Below the pieces are notes generated by a model. That model was not told where the DNA came from and ran no database searches. It saw nothing but the letters and a program-made list of their open reading frames with translations. Positions 1 to 13,790 of a stretch of 64,000 bases of DNA are shown in pieces. The number at the start of each line of letters is the position of its first letter. Position 1 is the first letter of the stretch. The translations under genes were made by a program, and so were the position numbers. Origin of the DNA: the human T2T-CHM13v2.0 reference genome, Homo sapiens. The stretch lies in assembly GCF_009914755.1 (NCBI RefSeq), contig NC_060945.1; one strand, 5' to 3'.

Positions 1-310
1 GACTGAGAAAGAGCAACCAGCATGGTAGGGAGAGAAGCAGGTGAGAGTGATGTCCCGGTAGCTGAGAGAAGAACTTTCCAGAAGGTGAAAGTGGTCTACT
101 GAGTCCAGTGCTGTAAATGGGACAATTGAAGAGGACTGACTATTGGATTTAGCAACATTGTGTCCTTGATAAAAGTAGTTTTAATAGAGTTAGGGGCAAA
201 GAGCTGGTTGGAGTAGATTCAAGAAAGAGTGGGAGGAGAAAAATTGGAGACAGTGAAGAGAGCTCATTCTTCCAAGGAATTTTTCCAAACAGGGAAGGAG
301 ATTGTGTGCT
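1..310 (-). mobile_element. L2 LINE fragment
   Basis: Purine-rich antisense L2-like motifs (tattggatttagcaacat, ggagtagattcaagaaagagtgggagg). Confidence 0.55.
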
Positions 311-589
311 GGCCACTGGAGGGGAAGCTTTTAGTTTGTTGGGTCGTAAGTTTGTTTGTTTACTAACTCCTCCTCCCAAACAGAAATTTACAGAAAAACA
401 TCATTACTGAAGGCTGTATTTGAGCTGCTAGGAATCCTCATTTATTAAACTGCTAGTAAGAATGTATTTTAAAAACTGTAAAACATGATACAAAAGTTAT
501 TATTCATGAAAGAGCCTTCATATCATCTTTTAAATTCTGAAGTGAAATGCAACTACAGGAAAGAAGAGGCAAGGTGTTTAAAGGGAGAT

Positions 590-930
<341 letters not shown>

Positions 931-1420
931 TGATAAAGGGAGAAGATGAGAAACTAGACATCAGTCAGTTTTGTCACAGACAAGCTCTGTGACCTTGGAG
1001 AAGTTACTTAGCCACACTGAGCTACAGTTTTCTCATCCGTTGAATGGAGGTAATGCCTATTTTGCAGACTGTTTTGAAAGTCAAAAGGGTTAATGTTTAT
1101 GAAGGCACTTTCTCAAGTGTAAAGTAGACACACACTGTCCATGAGAGAAGATAATCTTGTAAAAATGACGTCACAGAGACTTTTATTCCTCTTTGAAGAC
1201 TTTTATCTCATTTGTAAAATGAAGGCGCTAGACTAGATGTCATGGTTATAAAATATGTGTGTGTGCAGGTGTATATTAAAAGTGCATGTAGGTGTAGTTT
1301 TCTGATAAATTACTTGCTCCAGATGACTTATAAATCCTTTTTCTTACCAAGCCTGTGATAAATCTAACCCTGTTTGAGATTTGAAGACAAATCCCAAAAG
1401 AGATTAAGGCCTGCCTCTAA

Positions 1421-1696
<276 letters not shown>

Positions 1697-2320
1697 TAAA
1701 GAAAAGAATCTGAAAAGAATTCATGGAGCACTAAAGGTCTTTCTTCCAGTAAACACCTCACAGAGATGTTTTCTGTTGGTTCGTGTGTATGATCTGGTAG
1801 AGTCACTTTTATATTGTCATACCAAAAAACAATCAGATACTACTCGATGAGATCAGAAATCTTGAAATGGAAACGCTTTTGTTTCAGGGAGTCAGGATTA
1901 AATTCAGCACTGTGTGCCCTTTGTGTGGCCATTGCTGAAGCCAAATGCCAGAAGAGGTGGAGTTGCTTGAGACAGTGGTATACAGTGGCATTAAGGGGTG
2001 AAAAGGTGGAAGCAGCGAGGTTGGGTGCAGTTCATGGATGTGATCTGGCATCAGCTCTCGCTCATAGATGAAAGGAACCCTTGCCAGGGTGTACGAGAAA
2101 ATCACTGATGAAGGCTGAACACCTTTCTGTTACACAGACATCAGAACAATAAACAGTGTGATCCCAAACCTTCTTCCCCTTTGGAGTGAGAACAATCAAG
2201 CCTCGGAACTCCCTGCTGATTGTTTTCTCAGGAAGTAGCCAAGTTTCCACCTGTTTTACCAAAAGTGAGAAGCTATGCAAGTCTCCCTCAAAGAAGCCCT
2301 TCTAAATGTCCCAACCGCAG

Positions 2321-2838
2321 TGTTAGGGGAAAGAGGTCCCAATCCATACCCCAAGAGAGGGTTCTTGGATCTTGCGCAAGAAAGAATTCAGAGCGAGTCC
2401 GTAAAGTGAAAGCAAGTTTATTAGGAAAGTAAAGGAGTAAAGAATGACTACTCTATAGACAGAGCAGCCCCGAGGGCTGCTGGTTGCCCATTTTTATGAT
2501 TATTTCTTGATGATATGCTAAACAAGGGGTGGATTATTCATGCCTCCCCTTTTTAGACCATGTAGGGTAACTTCCTCACATTGCCATGGCATTTGTAAAC
2601 TCATGGTGCTGGTGAGAGTGTGGCAGTGAGGACGACCATCTTGGTTTTGGTGGGTTTTGGCCGGCTTTACTGCCATCTGTTTTATCAGCAAGGTCTTTAC
2701 CAACGGTATCTTGTGCCAACCCCCTATCTCATCCTGTAAGTTACAATGCCTAGACTGTCTGGGAATGCAGCCCAGTAGGTCCCAGCCCCATTTTACCCAG
2801 CTCAAGATGGAGTTGCTCTGGCTCAAATGCCTCTGACA
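2321..2838 (-). mobile_element. MER41A solo LTR (ERV1)
   Basis: Reverse complement starts TGTCAGAGGCATTTGAGCCAGAGCAACTCCATCTTG and ends ...CCAAGAACCCTCTCTTGGGG...TAACA. The AAGGGGAGGCATGAATAATCC junction is the A-type form. Confidence 0.85.
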
Positions 2839-2913
2839 CCAATGGAAGTATCTTTAATGTTCTGATTTACCAGAATAAAAATAAGGTAGGATCTATAAAG
2901 AAATTACTTTAGT

Positions 2914-3741
2914 TGTAAACCAAAATAAAATTCTAAGCCCCCCAACCAACTGAATGGATCCCTCCTCTCAGCCAAGGGCCGAGTAAAGTAAAGTAAACCT
3001 GAAACACTAGTTCAGGCCATGATGGGAGTGAGTGGTCCAGACGTGCCTCACGGGACCTTCCTACCTTTGGAATTCAGGCACAGCTGGCCAGCACTAATAT
3101 TAAAACAGAAACCTTAAGACTGACAAAAAGATGCTTTGTAGCACTAATACCAGCATGATGGATAGCAGGCCCTAAAAGAAACCAAAGTGTTTTACCCCAA
3201 AATACATTTCTTTGACATATTTTGAAATGGCCCTGCAAAGCTGTCTCTTGCAGGGAAAATCTGCTTTCTATAAAGAACCCCCTTCCCAGTCCAGGTGTTC
3301 TTCCTGATCCAAGAGAGAATTCACTAAGAGTCTGGCACTTTTTTAAGTCCGGTAAGAAACATTTACAGTCTGTTCTCTCTGAAGCCTGCTACCAGAGGCT
3401 TCATCTGCGTAATAGGAACCGTGGCCTCCGCAACCCTTTGTCTTAACCCAGATGCTTCCTTTTATTAATTCCAAGTTTTTAATCAGAAAATCTTTGAATC
3501 TACCTATGACCTGGAAGCCCCCGCACTTCGAATTGTCCCACCTTTCCAGATTGAACCAGTGTACATCTTACATGCATTGATTGATGCCTTATGTCTCCCT
3601 AAAATGTATAAAACCAAGCTGCACCCTGACCAAGGGTTCTCGGGATCTCCTGGGGCTGTGTCATGGGCCATTGGTCACTCATATTTGACTCAGACTGAAT
3701 CTCTTCAAGTATGTTACTGACTTTGGCTCTTTTCATTGACA
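2914..3741 (+). mobile_element. MER4-family (MER4D/E-like) solo LTR
   Basis: Starts TGTAAACCAAAATAAAATTCTAAGCCCCCCAACC and ends CTCTTTTCATTGACA. Confidence 0.75.
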
Positions 3742-4009
3742 AAGTGATATGGTCACTTGTGAATGAAGTGAGCCACGGAACGTTGCCTGGCACATAACGG
3801 TGCTCTGTGTTGGCTTCACTACAGGGCAATATGATTTGATTCTCTAGTGTTCCTCAAGACCAGATGATGCACAGGCTGGTTCTAAAGGAAAAAACATGTC
3901 AAACACCTTTAGCGTAAGTTATTTTTATGTCAGCAAATACAGGCAAACTTAAAACTGCATATAGATTCTGACTATAGCTCTTTCAAAAATATAAATCCAA
4001 AATAAATGT

Positions 4010-4812
4010 GCATGTCTTTGTTCTAACACCAGCTATCTGACACTAACTAGTTGTCCAATGATTCCATTCATTTCTGATACTACCCCAGGTTAGCACAGAC
4101 CCCACAGGTTAAAGGCTCAGTCCCACAAAACTGCCTGCCCCCACTTCAGATGCCAGCCACAAGTCATGGGTGACAAGGTTCCCTGCACTTCCACCTGACT
4201 TGGCTACAAATTCAGGAGTTCCCATGACCTCCCTTTAGGTTTGATAATTTGCTAAAATGACTCACAGAACTCAGGAAAGTGTTATGGCTTATGATTACCA
4301 TTTTATTATAAAGGAATTGATGGACAGCCATTGAAGAGGTGCACAGGACAAGGTCTGAAAGGGTCCCAAGTGCAGGAGCTTCTGTCCCTGGGGAGTCAGG
4401 GTGTACCACCCTCTCTGTACATTCATCTGTTCATGAATTTGGGGACTCCCCAACCCTTGGTGTTCACAGTTTGTATTGGGTTTCATTATGTATGTGTGAT
4501 TGATTAAATTACTGGCTGCAGGATTGAACTCAGTCTCCAGCCCACTCCCCTCCTTGGATAGAGGTCAAATGGGGGAGCTGGAAGTTCCAACCGTCTGATC
4601 ATGTGGTTAGTTTTTCTAGGGACCAGCCCTCATCCTGAAGCTATCCACACCCTGCCCCATCACCTCACAAGCATAAACTCATATGTGGCCCCTAAAAGAG
4701 GCTTGTTAACAAAAGACACTCCTAACGTTCAGGAAATTCCACAGGTTTTTGAAGCTCTGCTCCAGGAACTAGGGACAAAGACTGGATATATATGTATATT
4801 TTATTATATCAT
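4010..4812 (-). mobile_element. MER21-like LTR
   Basis: Motifs cagaccccacaggttaaaggctcagtcccacaa and ctcacagaactcaggaaa. Boundaries approximate. Confidence 0.6.
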
Positions 4813-5743
4813 TGATCTTACATACAAACGAAACTCTTATAGACAATAAAAACTGAAATTAGTGACCTGGCAGACAGATGGTGGTTTATTGAAACTCAGT
4901 CCCCAGTTCCAAGGTGAATGTGTTGCTGATGAGAAGGCACAAGCTCCTTGGAGGTTGATGAATTCTGTGATGACTCACTTTCTCCCCTGACTCTTTTCCA
5001 TTTCACCTACTAAGATGTTCATGTAACAACATCCTCTCAGGTCATTCCATTTTTACTTGGCGTGAATGCGTCATGTTGCACATCAAGTCAGCCCTCATTC
5101 TTTGATTATTACCCGAGATAGGTCAAGTACCGCTCTCTTTAATTATCCAAATACTGTACCTGATGTCAAATTCTTGTTTGAAACTCAGGAAGCAAATAGG
5201 TTCAGATAACGTGGCCTCTGTCACTATCTGCTTGCCATCTGACGTGCCCTCAACCAGCCAAACTCAGAAACCAGACAGGTTTGGATGGTGAGGGGTCTTG
5301 GAAGGATAGCCTGAGACCAGCATTAACATAGGCTCAGCAGTAAGCACTGTGACCCAATCCTAGGGCAGACTGATATGGGGGGATTTTAGCCCAGACATCT
5401 GGAGAAACACCTTCCCCTTGTCAAGCCTTAAAACTAATGGTTTGTCTCTTTTATTAATATTAAGGCCCTAAGGAAAAGCTCTATTCATTCATTTGACAAA
5501 TGTTTATTGGGGGCCTGTTATGAGCCAGATTCTTTTCTGGATATTGAGGATTTAGCAGTGAACAAAACAGATTAAAAACTTCTCACCTTGTGGAGCTTAC
5601 ATTGCAGTAGGAGACAGAATAACAAGATCAACATGTAAAATAGACAGTATGTTAAGTAAGTACCATGGAAAGAAATTATGCGGGAAAGGAGGTGAGGGGG
5701 ATGTCAGGTTGAGGAGAGCAGGTTGCTGTTTTTAATAGGATAG

Positions 5744-6654
5744 TGTCTTGATTTGCATTTGCTAGAAGCAGAGCCTGGGATGTGAATTCATATTCAAGTG
5801 TGATTTATTGGTGGGGGCATCTTAGGAGAAGGGGAAAGAGGGAACAGGTAGGTACAGGGAGAGAGAAATTAAGCAGGCATGTGGCTCTCAGCTGAGCCTG
5901 ATCCCAAGGGGTTCTCGGAAGCGTGAACTGTATCCTCAAGTCAGCAGCCAGTCAGTTACTGGTGGTGATCTATGGCATGGCCTCCAGATGAGGCAGCCCC
6001 CTTTTGGGCAAGGGCAGTTCCTTATGTGTCCGGAGTTGGTTCCTGCCAATGGGTTCGTGGTCTCGCTGACTTCAAGAATGGAGCCGCAGACCTTCCTGGT
6101 GAGCGTTAACAGCTCTTAAAGATGGCACAGACCCAAAGAGTGAGCAGTAGCATGGTTTATTGTGAAGAGCGAAAGGACAAAGCTTTCACACCCTGGAAGG
6201 GGACCTGAGCGGGTTGCCACTGCTGGCTGGAGGTGGCCAGCTTTTATTCCCTTATTGTCCCTTCCCGTGTTCGTTTCTGTCCTATCAGAGTGCCCTTTTT
6301 TCAGTCCTCCTCGTGATTGGCTACTTTTAGGATCCTGCTGATTGGTGCATTTTACAGAGCGCTGATTGGTGCGTTTTAGAGTGCTGATTGGTGCGTTTTA
6401 CAGAATGCTGACTTGTGCATTTTACAATCCTCTTGTGAGACAGGAAAGTCCCTGATTGGTGCGTTTTACAATCCTCTTGTAAGACAAGAAAGTTCCCTAA
6501 GTCCTCACTCCACCCAGGAAGTCCAGCTGGCCTCACCTTTCACTTAGAGAAGGATCAGCTCTGAGAGATATCAGCAGACACGTGCGGCAGCAGTAGTGGG
6601 TGTGCACTGACTGGAAAAGGGGACATGGGCAGGCCACCCACAGCATCCACCACA
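5744..6654 (-). mobile_element. Old ERVL-class LTR (LTR16/LTR33-like), interrupted by LTR12F and lying within an L2
   Basis: tgtctt...gctagaagcagagcctg...tttattg at one end and cagcatccaccaca at the other. Confidence 0.5.
6025..6542 (-). mobile_element. LTR12F-like (HERV9 family) solo LTR
   Basis: 518 bp, TG...CA termini, 4-bp duplication CTTA (6021-6024 and 6543-6546), tandem gctgattggtgc repeats. Confidence 0.85.
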
Positions 6655-6711
6655 GATGGCCACAGATGGCCTTCCTGAGAAGGTAGCATTTGAATAAAGA
6701 CCCAAGGGAGA

Positions 6712-7424
<713 letters not shown>

Positions 7425-9398
7425 AGGTGAGGGAGTGAGTCACGCAAACCTATCAGGGGAAGGAGTTCCATATGCGGGGTTCAGCAAGTGCCAAGTGCCC
7501 GAGGCAGGATATGCCTGGCACGGCACGGCAGGAGTGAACTGAACAAGGGAAGAATAGTAACAGTTCTGGTCAGAAAAGATGGAGGAGCCTGAATGACATA
7601 GAACTTAGAAGCCGTTGCAAGAGATGGGGGCCCTCAGAGGGTTGTGAGCAGGTTGCTCTCCGTGATCTGACGTGGGATGTAAAGGGAACATCCATCCACA
7701 TGCCTTGAAGTGGGAGCCAGGTGACCCCTGGGCTGATTACTGCAGTCACCCAGGGGAGAGGCGGTCTTACTTGTTCCAGAGAGGTAAGTACGGGAGGAAC
7801 TATAAGAGACTGATGTTAGTCATCGCCAGTCTTTTCATAAAGTTCTTTATCTTTTCCATTAAAGATCATTGTGATCAGATATTACCAACCCCGTTGCTCA
7901 GTTCAGCCCTCTGCTTGTGAGGTTTCTTATTTTTTGCTTAAAATATCTCCACAGTGAATCCAGAGACAGACAGGTTTGTCCAAGGCCAAATTTTTAAGAC
8001 ACGACCTGGTCTCTCCTTCCCAAGATGGGTTGATCTGGTCCATCTTTCATGAAGAAGATAGTTAACAGCAGTAACATTCAATCACAGCTTCTCCTTTCTG
8101 AGTCAGAACATTGATGGGATTCATCTCTTTTCAAATATGAATATTTAAAAATAGCATGCATGTATAATTGTCATGACCCCAAGTGAGATTTCTATTTTTT
8201 AGATTATCATCAAGCTGAAAACAAACAAAAATTCTAAGTTCTCCTAAAGAATTCTCAGACTCATGAGAATACCCCAAATTGAGGAATATTATCCTAGCAT
8301 ATTAACTACAATTTACACAATTTGGTTTGGACATAGAGTGCATTGTAGCTGTTATATGCAAGTTGGATGGGTACATGAGTCACAATCTCTGTATTATGCC
8401 ATTCCTTCACCAGTGAAATCACTTTGGTTTACAGTACCCCTTTCAAGAATGTAAACGCTATACATGTCAGAATTTTGTATCCTAAAGGCGTGCCTCTGTG
8501 GCTAGATCTGATTCTGGAACTGTCATTGATATGACAATCCAATCCTTCACACTCTTGATGGAGGTGAGAGTGGATTCTTGAACCCTGTGCTATCTAACAG
8601 TGTTTTTACTGAACTATCAAGGGTTTTTACTGAACTTCTTTCTATTCATTCCTTAACCTTCTGGAAGACTTAGAGTACATAATCCATTTGATTTCCTTTT
8701 TTCTCCCCTCTATCTATTTTTGCCTGAGGCTATAGTTCGAGGATTAATACTAATGAAGACCTTTCTGGAAGTGCAAGAGAGCCTTAGTGATATAACTACT
8801 GATTTTTCAGTCCGGTCGCACTTCAGGAAAATAACTATGGTCAGTCAAAAAGCTGAAATTTTCCAAAAGGAATTTTGATGAGAAACTAAGGGGAACTGTT
8901 AATAGAGCAAGGCAGGTTCTGCAGAGCCCTGACTTGTGGCCCCAGCGTGGCTAAAGTCCAGCCTCAGAATGACCCAGTTGGTTGTTTTCAAGCAAACTTT
9001 CCTTCCCCACTTCTTCCTGCCCGCAGCGCATGCTAACCAGTGTGGCTACCGAACGTTTGAGATGTGTTTCATGTGACTGAGAGACCGAGCTCTTAATTCT
9101 GTTTAATTTTAATCATTTAAATTCAGCCAGCTGCAGCCAGTGGCTACTCCACTGTACAGTGCAGTTATAGAACATAAACTGAAGGAAATTTTACTTTTAA
9201 AAGCTAAGTCTATTTTATTGTTTAAAAAATGCACACTTAGATAATTCTCCAGTCTCTGGTATTTCTCAATATAAAACTGTTTTTTCAAACCTTTGGTTTC
9301 TTGATCATCTTGTAACACCAGGCCAATGTACATTTATTTCCATCTGCAATTGTTTATTGCATTTTTTGAAATAAAGTCATTTAATTTTTCATCAACAG

Positions 9399-9529
9399 AA
9401 TCAGCAGAATCTGCCAAAATAGGAGGAATAATTACTGTGTTTTTGATAGCATTGGTCTTGACAAGCACCATAGTGACACTGAAATGGATTGGTTATATAT
9501 GCTTAAGAAATAGCCTCCCCAAAGTCTTG
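9399..9529 (+). CDS. IFNAR2: IFNAR2 coding exon 8, transmembrane helix and Box1 ([44 protein letters not shown])
   Basis: Acceptor caacag ending at 9398 and donor TTG|gtaggt. 131 nt, phase 1 to phase 0. Hydrophobic run is visible in ORF 9326..9583. Confidence 0.97.
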
Positions 9530-9702
9530 GTAGGTAGTTTTTTTGTTTTGTTTTGTTTTTTCTATCTTTGTTTTTTATTTTAACTTAAGAATTTGTATTT
9601 ATATAAATATTTTCACAGAAGAAAATCTCATTTTCTATAAACACCAAAATGCTTTCTCACTCTGAGTTCTTTTCCATATCTATAAATGTATATTTTGCAG
9701 GG

Positions 9703-9791
9703 TTTTTGTTTTGTTTTTGTTTTTATTATACTTTTAAGTTTTAGGGTACATGTGCACAGTGTGCAGGTTAGTTACATATATATACATGTGC
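9703..9791 (-). mobile_element. Extremely 5'-truncated L1PA 3' end
   Basis: T-rich tail followed by ttatacttttaagttttagggtacatgtgcac...gttagttacata, the antisense L1PA terminus. Confidence 0.85.
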
Positions 9792-9828
9792 AGTTGTAAG
9801 TGTATCTGTGCATTTTATGTTTTCTTTC

Positions 9829-11180
<1,352 letters not shown>

Positions 11181-11340
11181 TAGTAAGCATACCTCATAGA
11201 GCAGTTGCAAGGGAAAGGTAAATTATATATAAAGCACCAAGAGTCATGCCCAGCATATAGTAAGCATGGTGTAACTGTTAGCTGTTATTATTGCTGTTAT
11301 CATCATCAACTGCATCATCATTCAATCTCATTAAGTTTAT

Positions 11341-11504
11341 TTTTTATTTTTTTAGAGGCAAGGTCTCACTAAGGGCTGGAATGCAGTGGCTATTCACAGG
11401 TGCAGTCATAATGCACTACAGTCTGAAACTCCTGAGCTCAAACAGTCGTCCTGCCTAAGCTTCCCCAGTAGCTGGGATTACAAGCGTGCATCCCTGTGCC
11501 CCAG
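11341..11504 (-). mobile_element. Antisense fossil Alu monomer (FAM-like)
   Basis: Single monomer retaining the 7SL-like GGCTATTCACAGG segment absent from dimeric Alus. Flanked by the direct repeat attaagttt (11330-11338 and 11507-11515). Confidence 0.85.
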
Positions 11505-11511
11505 TGATTAA
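11356..11511 (+). CDS. IFNAR2: IFNAR2 short-isoform (IFNAR2b, 331 aa) terminal coding segment, exonised from an Alu monomer: [51 protein letters not shown]
   Basis: T-rich tract plus ag at 11354-11355. 51 codons then TAA at 11509-11511, in frame with exon 8. Matches the known short-form tail. Confidence 0.92.
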   Translation, partial: RQGLTKGWNAVAIHRCSHNALQSETPELKQSSCLSFPSSWDYKRASLCPSD

Positions 11512-11527
11512 GTTTTATTATGTAGAA

Positions 11528-11533
11528 AATAAA
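11528..11533 (+). terminator. IFNAR2: AATAAA poly(A) signal between the two last-exon acceptors, likely for the short isoform
   Basis: Canonical hexamer 17 nt after the short-form stop. The downstream U-rich tract is also the polypyrimidine tract of the long-form acceptor. Confidence 0.6.
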
Positions 11534-11588
11534 GAGCAAACAGTTACAGCTGATATGGACTCTCTCTCTCTTTTTTTTTTTTTTTAAG

Positions 11589-12296
11589 AATTTTCATAAC
11601 TTTTTAGCCTGGCCATTTCCTAACCTGCCACCGTTGGAAGCCATGGATATGGTGGAGGTCATTTACATCAACAGAAAGAAGAAAGTGTGGGATTATAATT
11701 ATGATGATGAAAGTGATAGCGATACTGAGGCAGCGCCCAGGACAAGTGGCGGTGGCTATACCATGCATGGACTGACTGTCAGGCCTCTGGGTCAGGCCTC
11801 TGCCACCTCTACAGAATCCCAGTTGATAGACCCGGAGTCCGAGGAGGAGCCTGACCTGCCTGAGGTTGATGTGGAGCTCCCCACGATGCCAAAGGACAGC
11901 CCTCAGCAGTTGGAACTCTTGAGTGGGCCCTGTGAGAGGAGAAAGAGTCCACTCCAGGACCCTTTTCCCGAAGAGGACTACAGCTCCACGGAGGGGTCTG
12001 GGGGCAGAATTACCTTCAATGTGGACTTAAACTCTGTGTTTTTGAGAGTTCTTGATGACGAGGACAGTGACGACTTAGAAGCCCCTCTGATGCTATCGTC
12101 TCATCTGGAAGAGATGGTTGACCCAGAGGATCCTGATAATGTGCAATCAAACCATTTGCTGGCCAGCGGGGAAGGGACACAGCCAACCTTTCCCAGCCCC
12201 TCTTCAGAGGGCCTGTGGTCCGAAGATGCTCCATCTGATCAAAGTGACACTTCTGAGTCAGATGTTGACCTTGGGGATGGTTATATAATGAGATGA
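11589..12296 (+). CDS. IFNAR2: IFNAR2 long-isoform (IFNAR2c, 515 aa) last coding exon, acidic cytoplasmic domain with GYTM and GYIM tyrosine motifs
   Basis: (CT)n/poly-T tract plus aag ending at 11588. Reads NFHNFLAWPFPNLPPLEAMDMVEV...DLGDGYIMR* (ORF 11634..12296). Joining exon 7 directly to this acceptor gives EFS* (TAA 11597-11599), the known soluble form. Confidence 0.98.
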   Translation, partial: NFHNFLAWPFPNLPPLEAMDMVEVIYINRKKKVWDYNYDDESDSDTEAAPRTSGGGYTMHGLTVRPLGQASATSTESQLIDPESEEEPDLPEVDVELPTMPKDSPQQLELLSGPCERRKSPLQDPFPEEDYSSTEGSGGRITFNVDLNSVFLRVLDDEDSDDLEAPLMLSSHLEEMVDPEDPDNVQSNHLLASGEGTQPTFPSPSSEGLWSEDAPSDQSDTSESDVDLGDGYIMR

Positions 12297-12650
12297 CTCC
12301 AAAACTATTGAATGAACTTGGACAGACAAGCACCTACAGGGTTCTTTGTCTCTGCATCCTAACTTGCTGCCTTATCGTCTGCAAGTGTTCTCCAAGGGAA
12401 GGAGGAGGAAACTGTGGTGTTCCGTTCTTCCAGGTGACATCACCTATGCACATTCCCAGTATGGGGACCATAGTATCATTCAGTGCATTGTTTACATATT
12501 CAAAGTGGTGCACTTTGAAGGAAGCACATGTGCACCTTTCCTTTACACTAATGCACTTAGGATGTTTCTGCATCATGTCTACCAGGGAGCAGGGTTCCCC
12601 ACAGTTTCAGAGGTGGTCCAGGACCCTATGATATTTCTCTTCTTTCGTTC

Positions 12651-12953
12651 TTTTTTTTTTTTTTTTTGAGACAGAGTCTCGTTCTGTCGCCCAAGCTGGA
12701 GCGCAATGGTGTGATCTTGGCTCACTGCAACATCCGCCTCCCAGGTTCAAGTGATTCTCCTGCCTCAGCCTCCCTCGCAAGTAGCTGGGATTACAGGCGC
12801 CTGCCACCATGCCTAGCAAATTTTTGTATTTTTAGTAGAGACAGGATTTTACCATGTTGGCCAGGCTGGTCTCAAACTCCTGACCTCAAGTGATCTGCCC
12901 TCCTCAGCCTCGTAAAGTGCTGGGATTACAGGGGTGAGCCGCTGTGCCTGGCT
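12651..12953 (-). mobile_element. Antisense AluS in the IFNAR2 3' UTR
   Basis: Poly-T plus Alu body; duplication ccct(a/g)tgatatttct on both sides. Confidence 0.95.
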
Positions 12954-13501
12954 GGCCCTGTGATATTTCTGTGAAATAAATTGGGCCAGGGTGGGAGCAG
13001 GGAAAGAAAAGGAAAATAGTAGCAAGAGCTGCAAAGCAGGCAGGAAGGGAGGAGGAGAGCCAGGTGAGCAGTGGAGAGAAGGGGGGCCCTGCACAAGGAA
13101 ACAGGGAAGAGCCATCGAAGTTTCAGTCGGTGAGCCTTGGGCACCTCACCCATGTCACATCCTGTCTCCTGCAATTGGAATTCCACCTTGTCCAGCCCTC
13201 CCCAGTTAAAGTGGGGAAGACAGACTTTAGGATCACGTGTGTGACTAATACAGAAAGGAAACATGGCGTCGGGGAGAGGGATAAAACCTGAATGCCATAT
13301 TTTAAGTTAAAAAAAAAAAAAGCAAACACAAAGATGCTTCAAGATCTTCAGGAGAAGTATGGTATACAAGTTTCAGGGACCCTATTTGACAATTTTCAGA
13401 GTGCTCTCTATGCTGATTCCGAGTCGAGTGTGTCAGCTGTGATTACAGTGCCTGTGGATCTAGGCCGGGTTGGGGGGGTGTGGGCGGGGGAAGGGAAGTC
13501 T

Positions 13502-13790
<289 letters not shown>

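Noticed and set aside
6310-6480. Repeat-spacer-like array (gctgattggtgc...tttac)
   Set aside because: Not CRISPR-like; it is the normal tandem CCAAT repeat region of LTR12.
12016-12333. 105-aa antisense ORF over the IFNAR2 last exon
   Set aside because: Shadow ORF of the real coding strand.
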